Positions 20,679 to 33,308 of a stretch of 45,940 nt of DNA are shown here, piece by piece. Every line of letters begins with the position of its first letter. Positions within the stretch are counted from its first letter, which is position 1. The translations under genes and the position numbers were made by a program. The stretch is from NCBI GenBank assembly GCA_904063045.1, contig CAJFCJ010000154.1:1-45940 (forward strand). Direction: 5' to 3'. The notes below the pieces were generated by a model. That model was not told where the DNA came from. It saw only the letters and a list, made by a program, of their open reading frames with translations, and searched no databases. This DNA comes from Dimorphilus gyrociliatus (lineage: Eukaryota > Animalia > Annelida).

Positions 20679-23600
20679 CACACTTCATAATATGGGCCGG
20701 GATCAGTATAGCTTTTTGAGATAAATAAAATAAGAGACACTTATATTTTGACTTTGTTCTAAATAAGGAAAGGGTCTGGTATGTAATTGGCGACCTAGCC
20801 TAATTACCATGAAAGAGTTTCTATATACGGATTTTAATCAGTGTGGAAGGGTTATAAAATAATTTGAAAAAACAATAAATAATTAGTATAATACAGTGTG
20901 TAAAAAAAAGTGGTCACCCATATTTTTCTTGATTTATGAAAAATTAGGACATTCATTTTAAATAAGTATATATCAAACCTTTTATAATTGATCAATAAAG
21001 CTTTTCTATATTTTAAATTTTTCTGCTTATCTTCTTTTTAGTTATTTTAGTAAAAAATATCTTTAAGACTGTAAAAAAAAAGTGGTCACTATCATTTATT
21101 TCATAATATATCCTCCTTTTGCCCTATAAAGTAACAGTTCTGTTTTTTAAAAGGACAAAGCTAGTTTCTGACACGGTTCTACTGGCATTCTATTCCATTC
21201 TTCTGTTATAACAGCCTTTAGTTCGTTTCTTGTTTTAAACATTTTATTTCCTATTTTGGCCTTGATTATTGCCCACAAGTTTTTTATAGGGTTGCAATCA
21301 GGAGATTGAGCAGGCCAGCTTTCAACTTAAATATCATTTTCTCTGAAAATTTTATTTGCTGGTTTACTTGTATGTTTGGGATCGTTATCTTATACAAAAA
21401 TGAAATCAGATAATCCCATTTTAGAGGCCGAGTTAAACAAACAAGAGCTTAGCATGTTGCAGTAGTATGCTGCATCCATTTTTACATCGATAAATTTGAT
21501 TTCTCCAACACTATGATATGAACCCCCCATACCATTACAGATCATCCTCCAAATTTTAATGTACCCGAACATTTCTAGAAGTAATCGGTTCTCCTATACT
21601 TTTTATATCTTTACATTTCCATCTATATTTAACAAGTTAAATTTAGATTCATCACTAAAAATCATTGTTTTAACTCTACTTTCAGGCATTTTTATCCACC
21701 TCTTGCTAACTTCAAATCGGTTGATTATGTGCATTGGTTGAAGAAGTGGTTTTTTTTATTGGTGAAGCCGATATAAAGTCTAACTTGTTTAGGTAATTTT
21801 TCACTGTCATATGTGAACAGTCAATACCTTGTTTCTCTTTCAATTTTTCTACTAACTTTCTGCAAGATATAGTATAATCATTTTTTTACTTCCTTATATA
21901 GAAGTTCTATATTTTGACCTGTAACTTTTTTAGGCCTTCTATTTCCTCCCATATGCTCTATTTGATTATATTCATCTGCCTTTTTTACGATTTTCTGTAC
22001 AGATGAATACGGAATTCCTAAAATTGTAGAAATTTTCGTAGAAGAAATCTCTGAATTCTTCATCCCTATTATTCCTTCTTTCTTCTCGTTAGAGTAGTGT
22101 CGACCCATGTTGGGTATATTTGCTATTTTATTTTTATACCAAGGTGGAGGGAAAGTAGATTTCAATAGGTGTCCATTTTTTTTACAATCTTAAAGATATT
22201 TTTTATTAAAATTATTAAAAATAAGATAAGCAGAAAATTTTAAAATATAGAAAACCTTTAATGATTAATTATAAAATATTTGGTATATACTTATTCAGAA
22301 TAAAACAACCTAATTGTTTATTAATCAACAAAAATGTGAGTGACCACTTTTTTTTTACACACTGTATATTAAACCTTGTTCAAGCCCATATGGGCAATAC
22401 AATTAAAATTACATCAGAATCAGTAAAAGAGAAATAATAAAGTATTTACAATATAACAAATACAAAGAAAGCCTTAGTAAAGACCAAAACAAGAATTTTA
22501 GAACAAAGGGTTAAGATGTTAAATTGGTGAATGGTATTCTTAAAATAAATAATAACCATTTAGATAAAATATTAGTTTGTGAATATGAATTTGAAAAAAA
22601 AGCTTATAATTATCAAAAAACATCATGAGCCTGATTATATAGAAATCAACAAACTATATGCTTTGATAAATGAAAAATACTATGGTATTAAGCAAATGGA
22701 TGTTAAGGATTTTGTATCAAGATGTGAATTATGTCAAAGTATTAAGCCCCCAAAAATCACAAAACAAATAAATGCTATTATACCAACAGCTGCGGATGAA
22801 AGGTTAATAATTGATCCAATTGACTTTCCAGGATTTAGTAGTATAAACAATGGAATGAAGTGCTGTTATACTATGGTAGACTCTCTTTCGATATTTAGTT
22901 TTGTATATCCTGTTTCATCTAAGCATGGATGTATATTAGCTTATATATTAGACAAGCTTTTTCAAAATGAAGGGCCGTGAAAAATAATACACACTGATAA
23001 TGTTAAAAAGTTTATTAATAGATGTGTTAGTTTGATTATAGATAGATATGGTATATAATATATAAGAGGAAGACCATATCATCCGCAAAGCCAAGATCAG
23101 GTAAAACATTTTAATAGATCTCTAAAAGATAAATTAATGAAAATAAATGAATGTGATATTTTCAATGGACAGGATAATATAAGGCGGATGGCTTACAGAT
23201 ATAATAATACACCTCATAAAGCAACGAATATCAAGCCTTCTATATTATATAGAGGTAAAATAAAATCCTATATAAACAAATAACTAATATGGTAGTTAAT
23301 ACATTATGGTAAGAGAAAGATACCAAAACTATTCTTTAAGTTATATAATAGAGTTATAAATAAATCACTCCGCTAATATAGTTGTGGTAATAAAAGACTG
23401 TATACCCAATAGACTGATAGATTGTCTAGTGATACTATATTAACAATTCTCTTTATAATGATGAAGTTTATGAAGTTATTCAAATAAAAAATGATAGTAT
23501 TATAATAGTTGATAATTAAGGATATGAAAAGTTGGATTAAAAACAAAATTAAAAAGTTTATTATTCATTGTTTTTTAAGTTATTTTTCGTCCGTTTCACA

Positions 23601-23748
23601 CTGATTAAAATCCATATATAGAAACTCTTTCATGGTTATTAGGTTAAGGAGCCAATTACATACCAGACCCTTTCCTTATTTAGAACAAAGTCAAAATATA
23701 AGTATCTCAAAAAATTATACCGATCCCGGTCCATATCATTGGGGCATG
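20679..23748 (+). mobile_element. Degenerate integrase-type TIR transposon C, interrupted by a Tc1 element (20894-22364)
   Basis: Inverted repeats of about 200 bp (about 20679-20885 versus 23563-23748, e.g. ATATGG(G/A)CCGGGATC...AAGGAAAGGGTCTGGTATGTAATTGG). The broken integrase starts at about ATG 22390 (HHEPD...CELC, IIDPID, GP*KIIHTDN, RGRPYHPQSQ). Confidence 0.8.
20894..22364 (-). mobile_element. Tc1-family transposon, second copy of the 8405 family, frameshifted
   Basis: TA|CAGTGTG...CACACTG|TA, 1471 bp, the same IR/DR ends. Transposase fragments lie on the minus strand (track ORFs 21878..22165 and 21390..21572). Confidence 0.95.
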
Positions 23749-25329
23749 TTAATACTTGAGGGGTATTAATTATATAAAACACATAACATGTTCTTCTAAT
23801 AAATAAATCGCTTTTTTTGTAAGATGAATGTGTTTAAAAGACTATTATTTTCTTATTTTTATAAATTATCTACCATTGTAGAATTTAAACGATAAGAATT
23901 GTTATTGAATATTAATAACTGGATTGATATATTAAATATCGTATATATAAATAGACAAAACATCAAAAATCTATTCAGATAAAAATCAAGTGATTATGAT
24001 AACTTGATATTATAAAGTTATAATACAACGATAAAATAAATAAATAAGAATTTTGACTATAATTTGAATTCACTAAAGAATCTAAAAAGAATATACCAAT
24101 ATATGTAAATATGTAAAAAATGTATAAATCTAGAAAACTTGATAAATAAACATCTAATAGCTAATCAAAAGTGCTTAGAGTAATATAAGAAATACCACAT
24201 AATAATTTTGTTTTTAAATTCTCTATTAAACTAAAATAATGTAATGCCAAAATTTATAAATTATTTAAAGCTTTTAAACAAAAATATACCTTAAAAATTG
24301 TCTAATGAATATTTATTTATAAACTTGAAGGAAAAGGAGTTTTCTATTTAAAATAGCGATAATAGTTCATACATGATTTCTATAAATAATAATAATAATA
24401 TAGTGACTGTGTTTATTTTAAACTGAAAAAACTTGTTCTTCATAATTTATAAGTAAAGGTTCTTAATTATAAGTTAGAAATCATTTACCTTTTTTGTTCT
24501 ATAAAATTTATATAATAATAAATATATAGAAAGAAAAAAAACTAAAAACAGTGGATCAACTAGTAACACAACGTGAAAGAATATTTAATACGATTAAATG
24601 AGATTATATAATGAAATAGTTAAATGGACAGATTTATTCTATGTAGCAAATAAAAGATTATTAGAAAGAAAAGGAAGAGAAATCATTCAGTACAAGAAAC
24701 AGTATTCAGCCAAGAGGAAACAATTAATATATATAGTAGATTATACACAAACATAAAAACACAAAAAAGTAATATGTAATAGCATTTGACAAGAGGAAAA
24801 AACAAATTCCGATCATTAAAATTAAAAACAGTTAAAATAGATCAAAGCCAAAATAATCCTAAAATAATAAAGAATAGTGACAAAATAATAAAAATACTAT
24901 CTTAATAAATGCAAATTAACAAGTCTCTTGAGGATTTATTCAAATTTACAAAGAAGAAGATTTCAGAAAGTATCTCAATGGTATACAAACCAGAAGAAGA
25001 AGATTTTTAAAGTAGAAAAAATAAATTTAGATATTTTAGAAGAAGAAAATAAATAATAGACTGGAAATGATTCGGTTCATGTAAATTAAAAACAAACAAC
25101 TAAATGAATACCAACAATAATTAAAAATTCTTATTCAAAAATCAAATTTTCTTTTAAACTTTAGATTTAAATATATTGAGATTTAAAAAAAAACAAGAAT
25201 CTAAAAAATTTAATTAATTTAGTTTTAAAACAAAAACTTCGTGTTTAAAATATTTATCAGTAATTTTTAGACTATAAAACATCATAGCTTTATTTTATAA
25301 TAAAAATTTTAATAGAAAATTTAATAGAA

Positions 25330-26309
25330 TCATCTTTTCCAGCCTTTATAAACAGAATAAGCAAGTTGTAATATTCCTATTAATACATGAAAAATTATTA
25401 TTTTGATTAAAGTCTTTTCAAGTCTCTCGCTATTTCTTGTATTCAAATTTTCACTTAACATTTCTAGAATACCTTGAATAGTATCACAACGCTTGTTAAG
25501 TAATTCTGCTCTATTCTTTATTTCTAAACAGTGTTTTAAGTTCTCATAAAGTTTACTATATTCAGGATAGTACCACAGCACTTCTGGTTCATCTAAAATA
25601 TTAGATACTAAGTTAATATTTATTCTAAGCATGTGGAGTTTTGCCATCAGCTTTAGAACATCCTTTCTAGATCTAGTCAGAGATCCACTTGCTTCTAGCT
25701 GTTCTGGAAGTCCTTTTGTTACTTCTATTGTCTTATCTGTTAGGTTCTCAAAGTAGTCTAACTTTACAGACTGTGCAACTGCACTGGATATTACCATCTT
25801 ATCAAAGTGATCTTCCGAGTTTAGATAGAAAATATCATTTATAAAGACGGGTGGCTTCTCTGTAATTCCATACTTAAAATTTTCTATTTCTACTTTACTT
25901 TGGTCGTATTTATCAATAAAGTGGCTTTTAAGTGATACTATAAGTCTTGCCTCTTCTTTATCAAGCATTCCCCATGTAACTACTACTCCATAAGCAAAGA
26001 AGAATATCTGGGCACCACTGTAAACTGTGTATAAACACTCTCCGTAGTACATTAAACTCTTATCAAACCCTTCGTTCTCTTTCGTAAACCTACTGAGAGA
26101 TTTTAAGTTTATAGTTTCACTGATACAATAAGCAGTTATTCTCTTAAGACGTTCTACTTCTGGAACGTCATCCATAGGTGGCATTCTCTTTGTAAGAGGA
26201 AAGGCTTCTTTCATTGCTCTTAATTCTATTCTTGTTTGCTTCCTAGAAGATGTGTCTTCATGCCCTTCAATAATATTTTCTGAGTGTTCTTTTTCTTTAT
26301 CTCAGCCAT
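25330..26309 (-). CDS. RMD1: RMD1/DUF155 family protein; true start probably 26309 with a 1-nt deletion near 26302
   Basis: RITAYCISE, FFFAYGVVVTWG, SSAVAQSVKLDYFE, NLVSNILDEPE and RSERLE motifs. CCCTTCAAAAAA-ATG at 26309 is out of frame by one base. Confidence 0.85.
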
Positions 26310-27260
26310 TTTTTTGAAGGGTTGCTAGAAATCATAGAATATTGAGTTTAGCCCCTTTTCTAAAATTTTGATTTTAAAATATCATTAAGATATTGAAAGG
26401 CGGTTCATTCTAGGAATGTAGTACTTATTTTTAAGTTAAACAAATTTTTATAATTATTTTACCCCAAAGCTCACATCTATAGTAAATCTTAAATAGAGGT
26501 TTATCGTTCTTTTGTACTTTTTATAAACATATAATATCATTAGTAAATTTTTTTTTATTACTTAATTCCCGTAGGTTTATTACCATTCTCTAAAAAGCTG
26601 CTTCTAAAATAACTGTATTAAAAAAAGACTGGCTTGTTCTGCTTTTAAAGCAACACGATTTAGAGAATCGTTTATGAAAACAGCTGTATTTGTAGGTTAT
26701 ACTTGATAAATTTTCTCTATTTCGACATTTTGCTTTTCTATTACTTAGAATATATCAATAGAAACCATTTTATGGCTAAAAACCTTTATTTACGATTTAA
26801 TATATTAAAGTATTAGGAACTAAATATAAACAGTTATAGAAAAACAGGGGTTCTTCATATACTATCCTATATAACACATCTATCAATAAACTATTCAGTC
26901 TTAACAAAATATTCCAAATATATTTTTATATTTACATTCTAAATATTTATCAGGTAAACATGTCAATTTGTCTACGGCTAGAAGTTTGTATTGATAGTAA
27001 ATCTATTAATATAGCTTTAATTAAAATATTTTTAAGCTTGAAAAGAATTACAGAATTAATACAGTTTTGAAATAAAATGTATTCATTTATTCTGATATTG
27101 TTTAATACATTATAAACTTAATTTTCCTTATTTGAAATGATTGTTAAGTGAAAAGAGTAACTCTGAGTTACAAATTATGATTTGATTTCTGATTTAAATT
27201 TTTTATTTTAATATTTTCTATAATCGTAATTATAAATATATTTCATAAAGATCATCCCAT

Positions 27261-28013
27261 ATGAACACTATTCTAAACCTGATGAAAGTATCAAAATATA
27301 CTAAGAACCTATCAGAGGAAGATGTTATTTCACTCTTTAACAACAGTATTTTTCTATCCTCCTTAGAAACTAAAATATTATTTTTCGGCTCTAAAAAGCC
27401 ATATCTCTATTCTTGTCTAGAGGAACCACGTATAATCACAGAGAAGATAACAAAGTTAAACAAAACACAAACAGAAACAGATTTAAATGACCTGATTAAA
27501 GAATTTGTGAGAAACAAAGCCTTTGATTTTGCGGTTTTAGAAAAAAACGTACACTTTATTTTATCAAGAAAAGAAAATTTAGTTGAAGTTTGTTCAATTA
27601 GTAGTTTAGACACCAAACTGGATACTTTTTCAGTTTTAGAGATTATAAAAGACTTAGATTTCCTATCTAGAGAGAGGATTGATATAAGCAATAATAGTAA
27701 TAAAGTAGAGATAATACAAAATAAAATAGTATATGGAGAAATAAATGGAAGTTTAAATTATGAAAACATCAAATCTACGTATTCACTATTAAAAATGAAC
27801 GAAATTGTAGATTTGTTAAAAAATCAGCTTAAAAAAATAAAAAACAAAAACAATTACTTCATAGTACTAAAAAGCAATACAAATGTTGCTCTTATTAAAA
27901 GGAACGGAAATCTCCAACTCTTAGTCTACGATTTTCTGAGAGAAAAAGACTCTGTTTTAGGTAAAAAAATGGCAGAATTACATTCAAATATAAGAAAGTG
28001 TTATATTAAATAA
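27261..28013 (+). CDS. Hypothetical protein, 250 aa
   Basis: Long ORF with a CCCAT-ATG start; no recognised motif. Confidence 0.7.
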   Translation: MNTILNLMKVSKYTKNLSEEDVISLFNNSIFLSSLETKILFFGSKKPYLYSCLEEPRIITEKITKLNKTQTETDLNDLIKEFVRNKAFDFAVLEKNVHFILSRKENLVEVCSISSLDTKLDTFSVLEIIKDLDFLSRERIDISNNSNKVEIIQNKIVYGEINGSLNYENIKSTYSLLKMNEIVDLLKNQLKKIKNKNNYFIVLKSNTNVALIKRNGNLQLLVYDFLREKDSVLGKKMAELHSNIRKCYIK

Positions 28014-28149
28014 AAGAATGATTCGCGCTTATTTTGGTTCATGTAAAGAATATAACAGGTATTTTAAAATTGTTAACTTTTTATGTAGTTTTTTTAAAAA
28101 TATAAATAAGTTGTTTTTATTGAATAATCTAAAATTAATCCACCTATAT

Positions 28150-29040
28150 AATAAATAAATAAAGATTTTAATTAATCTCTTGAACTTTTCAAACCTTTTA
28201 AATCATATAGACTGCAATAAATAAAAGAACTGGAGGACTTTACAGTTGATCTGCCTTCTTATATGTCTTTTAGCCATACTCCATAGGTATGCTATATTTT
28301 GGGAGTGAGCTTCAGGATCATCTTGACTTACGAAGTATTTATTGTGATTCATACTACCATGGTCGTATCCATTACTTATCTGGGACAGACTAATACGATA
28401 TGCTCTTCATTTGTCTGTTATCATTTTTGTACCTGGAAAAATATTTTGTAATATTATATTTTGTATTGTTTGAGTCCTTATATCAGGAACTTCGATTACA
28501 AATATATTGCTTGTTCCACGTTCTATTCCTTCTATATACCACCTCCGTTCTAATAACCTGCCTCTATTATATTTTATTTTTAAAAGTAGACTTTCATCCA
28601 TTTTAACAAATTTATTTTCTCTATTTTCGTCGATTTCACCTACTTGGCTTGTATTCTGTTGTATATAATCGCTCCTAGAAGTACTTTCTCCCGCTTAGTT
28701 ATAGAAGTTCTAGAAATGGTTAAATCAAAAGCTAACACAGACCTTTAAACACCATAAATTAACTTTCTAATGATAAATTACAATTAAAGAAAAAGCCTCC
28801 ATATCTAATAGACTGTTTTGTTTTGCATAGTCTACAAAGAAAACGAAATCTATCAATTAATTTATTTTCTTTGTCTAAAAACATTGAAACTCTCTATAAT
28901 CAGGGGATTCCGGCTTATTATTTATTAATCGCAATTTAGTCATAAACTCAATATATTCTTTTTTCTCATTTATGTTTTCGAAAACATCACCTCGTAATTT
29001 TAAACATCTGATTTCATAAAAGGTGAAAATTTCTGATTCA
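28150..29040 (-). mobile_element. Degenerate Merlin transposase
   Basis: RFLCRLCKTKQSIRYGGFF, MDESLLLKIKYNRGR and ITDK*RAY, then NHNKYFV...HSQNI in broken frames. Boundaries are approximate. Confidence 0.8.
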
Positions 29041-29299
29041 ACTATTATATAATTTGAACTTTTTAGGAATCCGTTTTACTTAAAGAGGTCTTACTTCGAA
29101 TTTCAACACCTTTTTTTGTTTACATTCCCCCCTGTTTGATTGCTTTTCAAATTTATAAAAAACTTTTCTAATGAATAGTTTAATTAAAAGTATATTTTTA
29201 TAGTTTTCGAATGAAAAGTAGGTTCATGTAGATTATAGTGGGGGTTTGAAAATTTTTAAGAGCCCCTTCTGAAATAAATGTCATTTTCCAAAAATTCGA

Positions 29300-29830
29300 A
29301 ATATATTATACCTGATACAGAAATATTTTCTTTTTTACTATAAAAAATACCAATTTACATTTTGATTACTTTGAAACAATATTTGATAAAAAAGACTTGC
29401 TTAGTTTTATGGCACGTTGGCGTTTAATAAATAATCTACAAAAGTGCGACAATTGTAGCATTTATACGTTTTTGCATAAAGAAACGACGATTATTAATGG
29501 ATATATATTTGTATGTTGAATATATAAGAAGAAACGTTCAGTAAGATATGGTAGCTTTTTCAAATCATGTTTAAATTTTAAAAAAGTTCTTAAAATGCCC
29601 CAACAAGCTTTTATATGCAGTACAAAAAGGAGTTATAGCACATGATCCGGAAACACACACCCAAAACATTGAATGTTTATGGAGTGTTACAAAAATGCAT
29701 ATAAGAAAGCACACTAACTGTAAAAATTTACACTGATTTCCCCTCTTAAAATGTATTTGGTTTAAAAAATTAGATAAATTTTAAGATTGAATGAAATGTT
29801 TATTTTATTATCAAGTAATGATTATGAAAT
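29300..29830 (+). mobile_element. Internally deleted Merlin remnant
   Basis: The N-terminal LINNLQKCDNC...KKRSVRYGSFF is joined almost directly to the C-terminal HDPETHTQNIECLWS; the catalytic core is missing. Confidence 0.7.
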
Positions 29831-30391
29831 CGAAATTGACGGATTCAATTAAAATACAATTTATAATTTATTTATTTTTAAATTGTTAAAATTTTTAAAA
29901 AAACTACATAATCAACAGAAACTAAAATATAAGAAAAGAAAAAACTCCTAGTTTTGTGAGTTAGTGTTCATATTATAATACATCTTAAATTTAGTTAAAT
30001 AGCTAAAAAGATGATGAGTTTTGGCGACTAGAAAAATTAGATTTTCAAATATATTTCTTTTATTATGTCTTTGTGTTTTTATTTTCTCAATTTGAATGCT
30101 GGTTTTCCGCTTATTATAAAAATAAAAGTTAAAAAAAACTTCAAATTTAGAAAAAAAAAATTATTTTACTGTGTATATTTTTTCCTACTTCTTTGAACTA
30201 AAAACAGTAAAGAACACTAAAAAAGATTGATTTAAAGTTTAATAAATAATAATTTAACTTATATAGAAATTCGTTTACATAAGAACGTTGACTCTAAACT
30301 TTATTTTATAGTCCTTTATAAAAAATTTTTAACAAATAATTTTTTAATATCCAAAAATGGTAGTACTTAGATTTATAAAAATATAACCGTT

Positions 30392-31569
30392 ATGTTTTTA
30401 TATTTATACTTTGTTAAACTCTCTCAGGTTAATTCTAATACACGAAATGATGTTGCAATAACAACCAATAAAGAAGATGAAGAAATAAGCGAATTTCGTG
30501 GGGATAAGTTTTATAACTGTGTTAAAAGTGAAGTTAGAAAAGAAATGGAAAAAGGAATAAATGAGGACACATTTAAAAACATACAGAGGCTATTTTATGG
30601 ATTATTAATACATTGTGAATACAAATTGGGGCGTGTTTACATTCCATTTGAAAGAATTAGTAACTTTTTATTTGTAGACGAAATTATAAAGAATAAAGCT
30701 GACAATTTAGCCAAAGAAGCTACAAAAAGTCGTATTATTCTTGATGAAGATATTTTTACTTATAATATATATATTGATAAATTACATAACGACATGACTT
30801 TTAAAAATAGCAAAGGTAGACTTAAAGAAGAAAAAAGACTACTAAAAGACTTTCTAAATATTATTAGTAATGGAGAAGAAGATGAAGAGCGCCACAATAA
30901 AATAACAGAAGCCTTAAAAAGTTGCAAAAGGTCATACTGTATATCTGATTTAAATGAAGTAAAACCAGGAAATCTTTGTATACAAATAAAAAAGTTTAGT
31001 CTAAAATGGCGAGAAGATATTGTTTTCCATAATTATAAAAAATCAAGTTTCGAGTTTAAAGATGAAAGTTGTATTAATGGGTTTCTCATATGCAACGATA
31101 AGCTTCTTTATAAATCAAGTAGAATATATGCATTCCTACCCAAAGCTAGCTTTGTAGCCGTTCCTATGGAAGATAAACGTTTCTATACTATATTTGCATT
31201 GGAAGGTTGGTTTATAAAAGCTGAACAATTCGTTGATCTTTGGAAAGAAATGTTTAAGCTAATGGATGGAAAGAATATACTTAAGAAGTTTAAAAAAAAA
31301 GAGTACAACTAAAAGTCCCAAAGATTATACGAACTGCTATTGTTGAAAATGAAAGTTCTATAATCAAACAAAAAGGAGTAAAAACCTCACATTATACCTA
31401 TTTCGAAATGAACAAAGAAGGTATAAACGTAATACCAAATGAAGATACAGAATATAGAGAGGCAAAAACAAGTATTCTTCAAAAAAATGTATCTCTAAAA
31501 AAGTTTCATACGGGGATTGTAATCGACGTTGAGACAAATACTATACATTATGTTTTTAGGACCTTCTAA
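30392..31569 (+). CDS. Divergent serpin-fold protein (about 392 aa after restoring one A in A9 at 31292-31300)
   Basis: Collinear with the serpin consensus: IQIKKFSLKW (NAIYFKGKW), SSFEFKD, ASFVAVPM (VLELPY), RVQLKVPKI (LSLPKF), HYTYFEMNKEG (HKAFIEVNEEG) and GIVIDVETNTIHYVFR (FFIRDNKTGSILFLGR). The restored length is typical of a serpin. Confidence 0.75.
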
Positions 31570-33308
31570 AGACAAGTCTACTAAATGTATATTTCTTTAT
31601 AATAATCTATTTTATTATATAAAAAAAACAGCTATACTTAAAAGTTATAGTATAAATTTATTTAAACTGATTTTTAATGAATTACGATATAACTTTACTA
31701 TGTTGTTTATTTAGAATTACAACTGAATTTTTTTTACAACGAATTCATGTGCTTTGTAAACTCCTTATATTTTTGATTCATGGCCTTTATTTTATTATAA
31801 TCTTCAACATGTTTCTATTTTATCACTTTTTAATCATTAGGATTATTTACACAATAAAGTAAACAAAATTACTAGAAACGTTTTTTATTCAAAACAATTA
31901 TTAAGTTATAAAATTGCGATATCAAACATTTACATTAGTTCTTTTTTTCATAGAAATTTGTTAACCTATGACTAGGTAGATTTTATTATTTAAATATTTG
32001 AAATACGGCTTCCAATAAGACTCAATACATGAGTATTTAAACACACTCCTAGTCATATAAGTACCAAATTATTATTCAACGTATCATTTATATATTAATA
32101 ATCGTCTAATCTTTATTATCCGCTTATTAGTTTGAGAGGATTATTGTATTAAGAAGAAATACATAATCAATTAATAGTAATAGATTGAAAGTTCTTTGTT
32201 CTCAGAAGCTTAAAAACATAATTCTTATATTTGTAATTCTTAACCATCTATACAATAAATTCGAAGAATAAAATTAGAAAATTTTACCAATTCGACCTAA
32301 AATGCTATTTTTATATAATTTGATTGAAATGTCATTAAAAGACTTAATTATTATATTATCAACCATTTTATAGTCTCTTTAGTTGTTAGCTGTGATATAT
32401 TCATATTACCTAAAACTCTTTTTATAAGAGCTCCTATAATCAATTCTATAAAACTTCTAATCAACTTTCAGTAAAGTTTTAATGAATTTTAAAACATTCT
32501 ATGTATTTTCTTTTCTTATAACATCTATAAACGAATCGATTAATATCTGTGATGGTCATGTCCATCATAAGTTTTCTGATACAAAAGATATGTAAGATAT
32601 CTCTAATCAAAACCAATATTAAGTAAATTTTTTAAAAAGTGTCATATACCTTAACTTTTTACATGATTAAAAAATGTGTGTAGATGTTTTTAGCTAATCC
32701 AATTAAACATTATCATCTGCAATACGTTCAACACTAATTAAAGAAGATCGAAAACTCTATATTAAGCAATTTAAAATACGAAAACATAAATTATAACACT
32801 TTTTTCTATAATCATAGTAAATGCTATTAAATTTTTTAAACGATAAAAATCATATATTTAGATACTAACCAATAAAATAAACCTATAAATTGTAAATTAA
32901 GTTAGTTAAACTGTAATTTTTAAATAAATTAAACAAGTTTATCAACCTATGATTGTTTTTTAAAATTTATTGTTTATAAATGCTAATTATGTTATTCTGA
33001 TAAATAAATAAAACAACACGAAAACAAAAATATCGATGTTTCTAAAATAACCAAAAACGAAGCGTTAAATAAAAATTTTTAAATTTGTGTTTTCTTTAAT
33101 TAGAACAAAAGTTTTAATGTTTTAAAATAACCAAATAAACGTAATTTAAATAAAAACATCAAATCTCTGTTTAGAGTACATTTAATTTAGTTGCTTTAAA
33201 AATTTATAAATTTAAAAAAAAAAGAATTTCCTTTTTAATAAAAAATAGGAAAACTGAGTTTGTAAAATTTATTACAAATTAGTTAAAAATAAGACAAAAA
33301 AGTTTTAT

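Noticed and set aside
9565-28410. TGA at expected Trp positions in three TE remnants (EE*NK, GP*K, DK*RAY), suggesting UGA=Trp recoding
   Set aside because: The sister Tc1 copy has TGG at the same site, intact genes use TGG for Trp, and EnP1 ends in TGA. These are ordinary G-to-A decay. The context is not CpA, so it is not RIP-like either.
31529-31862. Two 61-aa ORFs after the serpin
   Set aside because: AT-rich low-information translations with no CCC signal; the first overlaps the restored serpin C-terminus.
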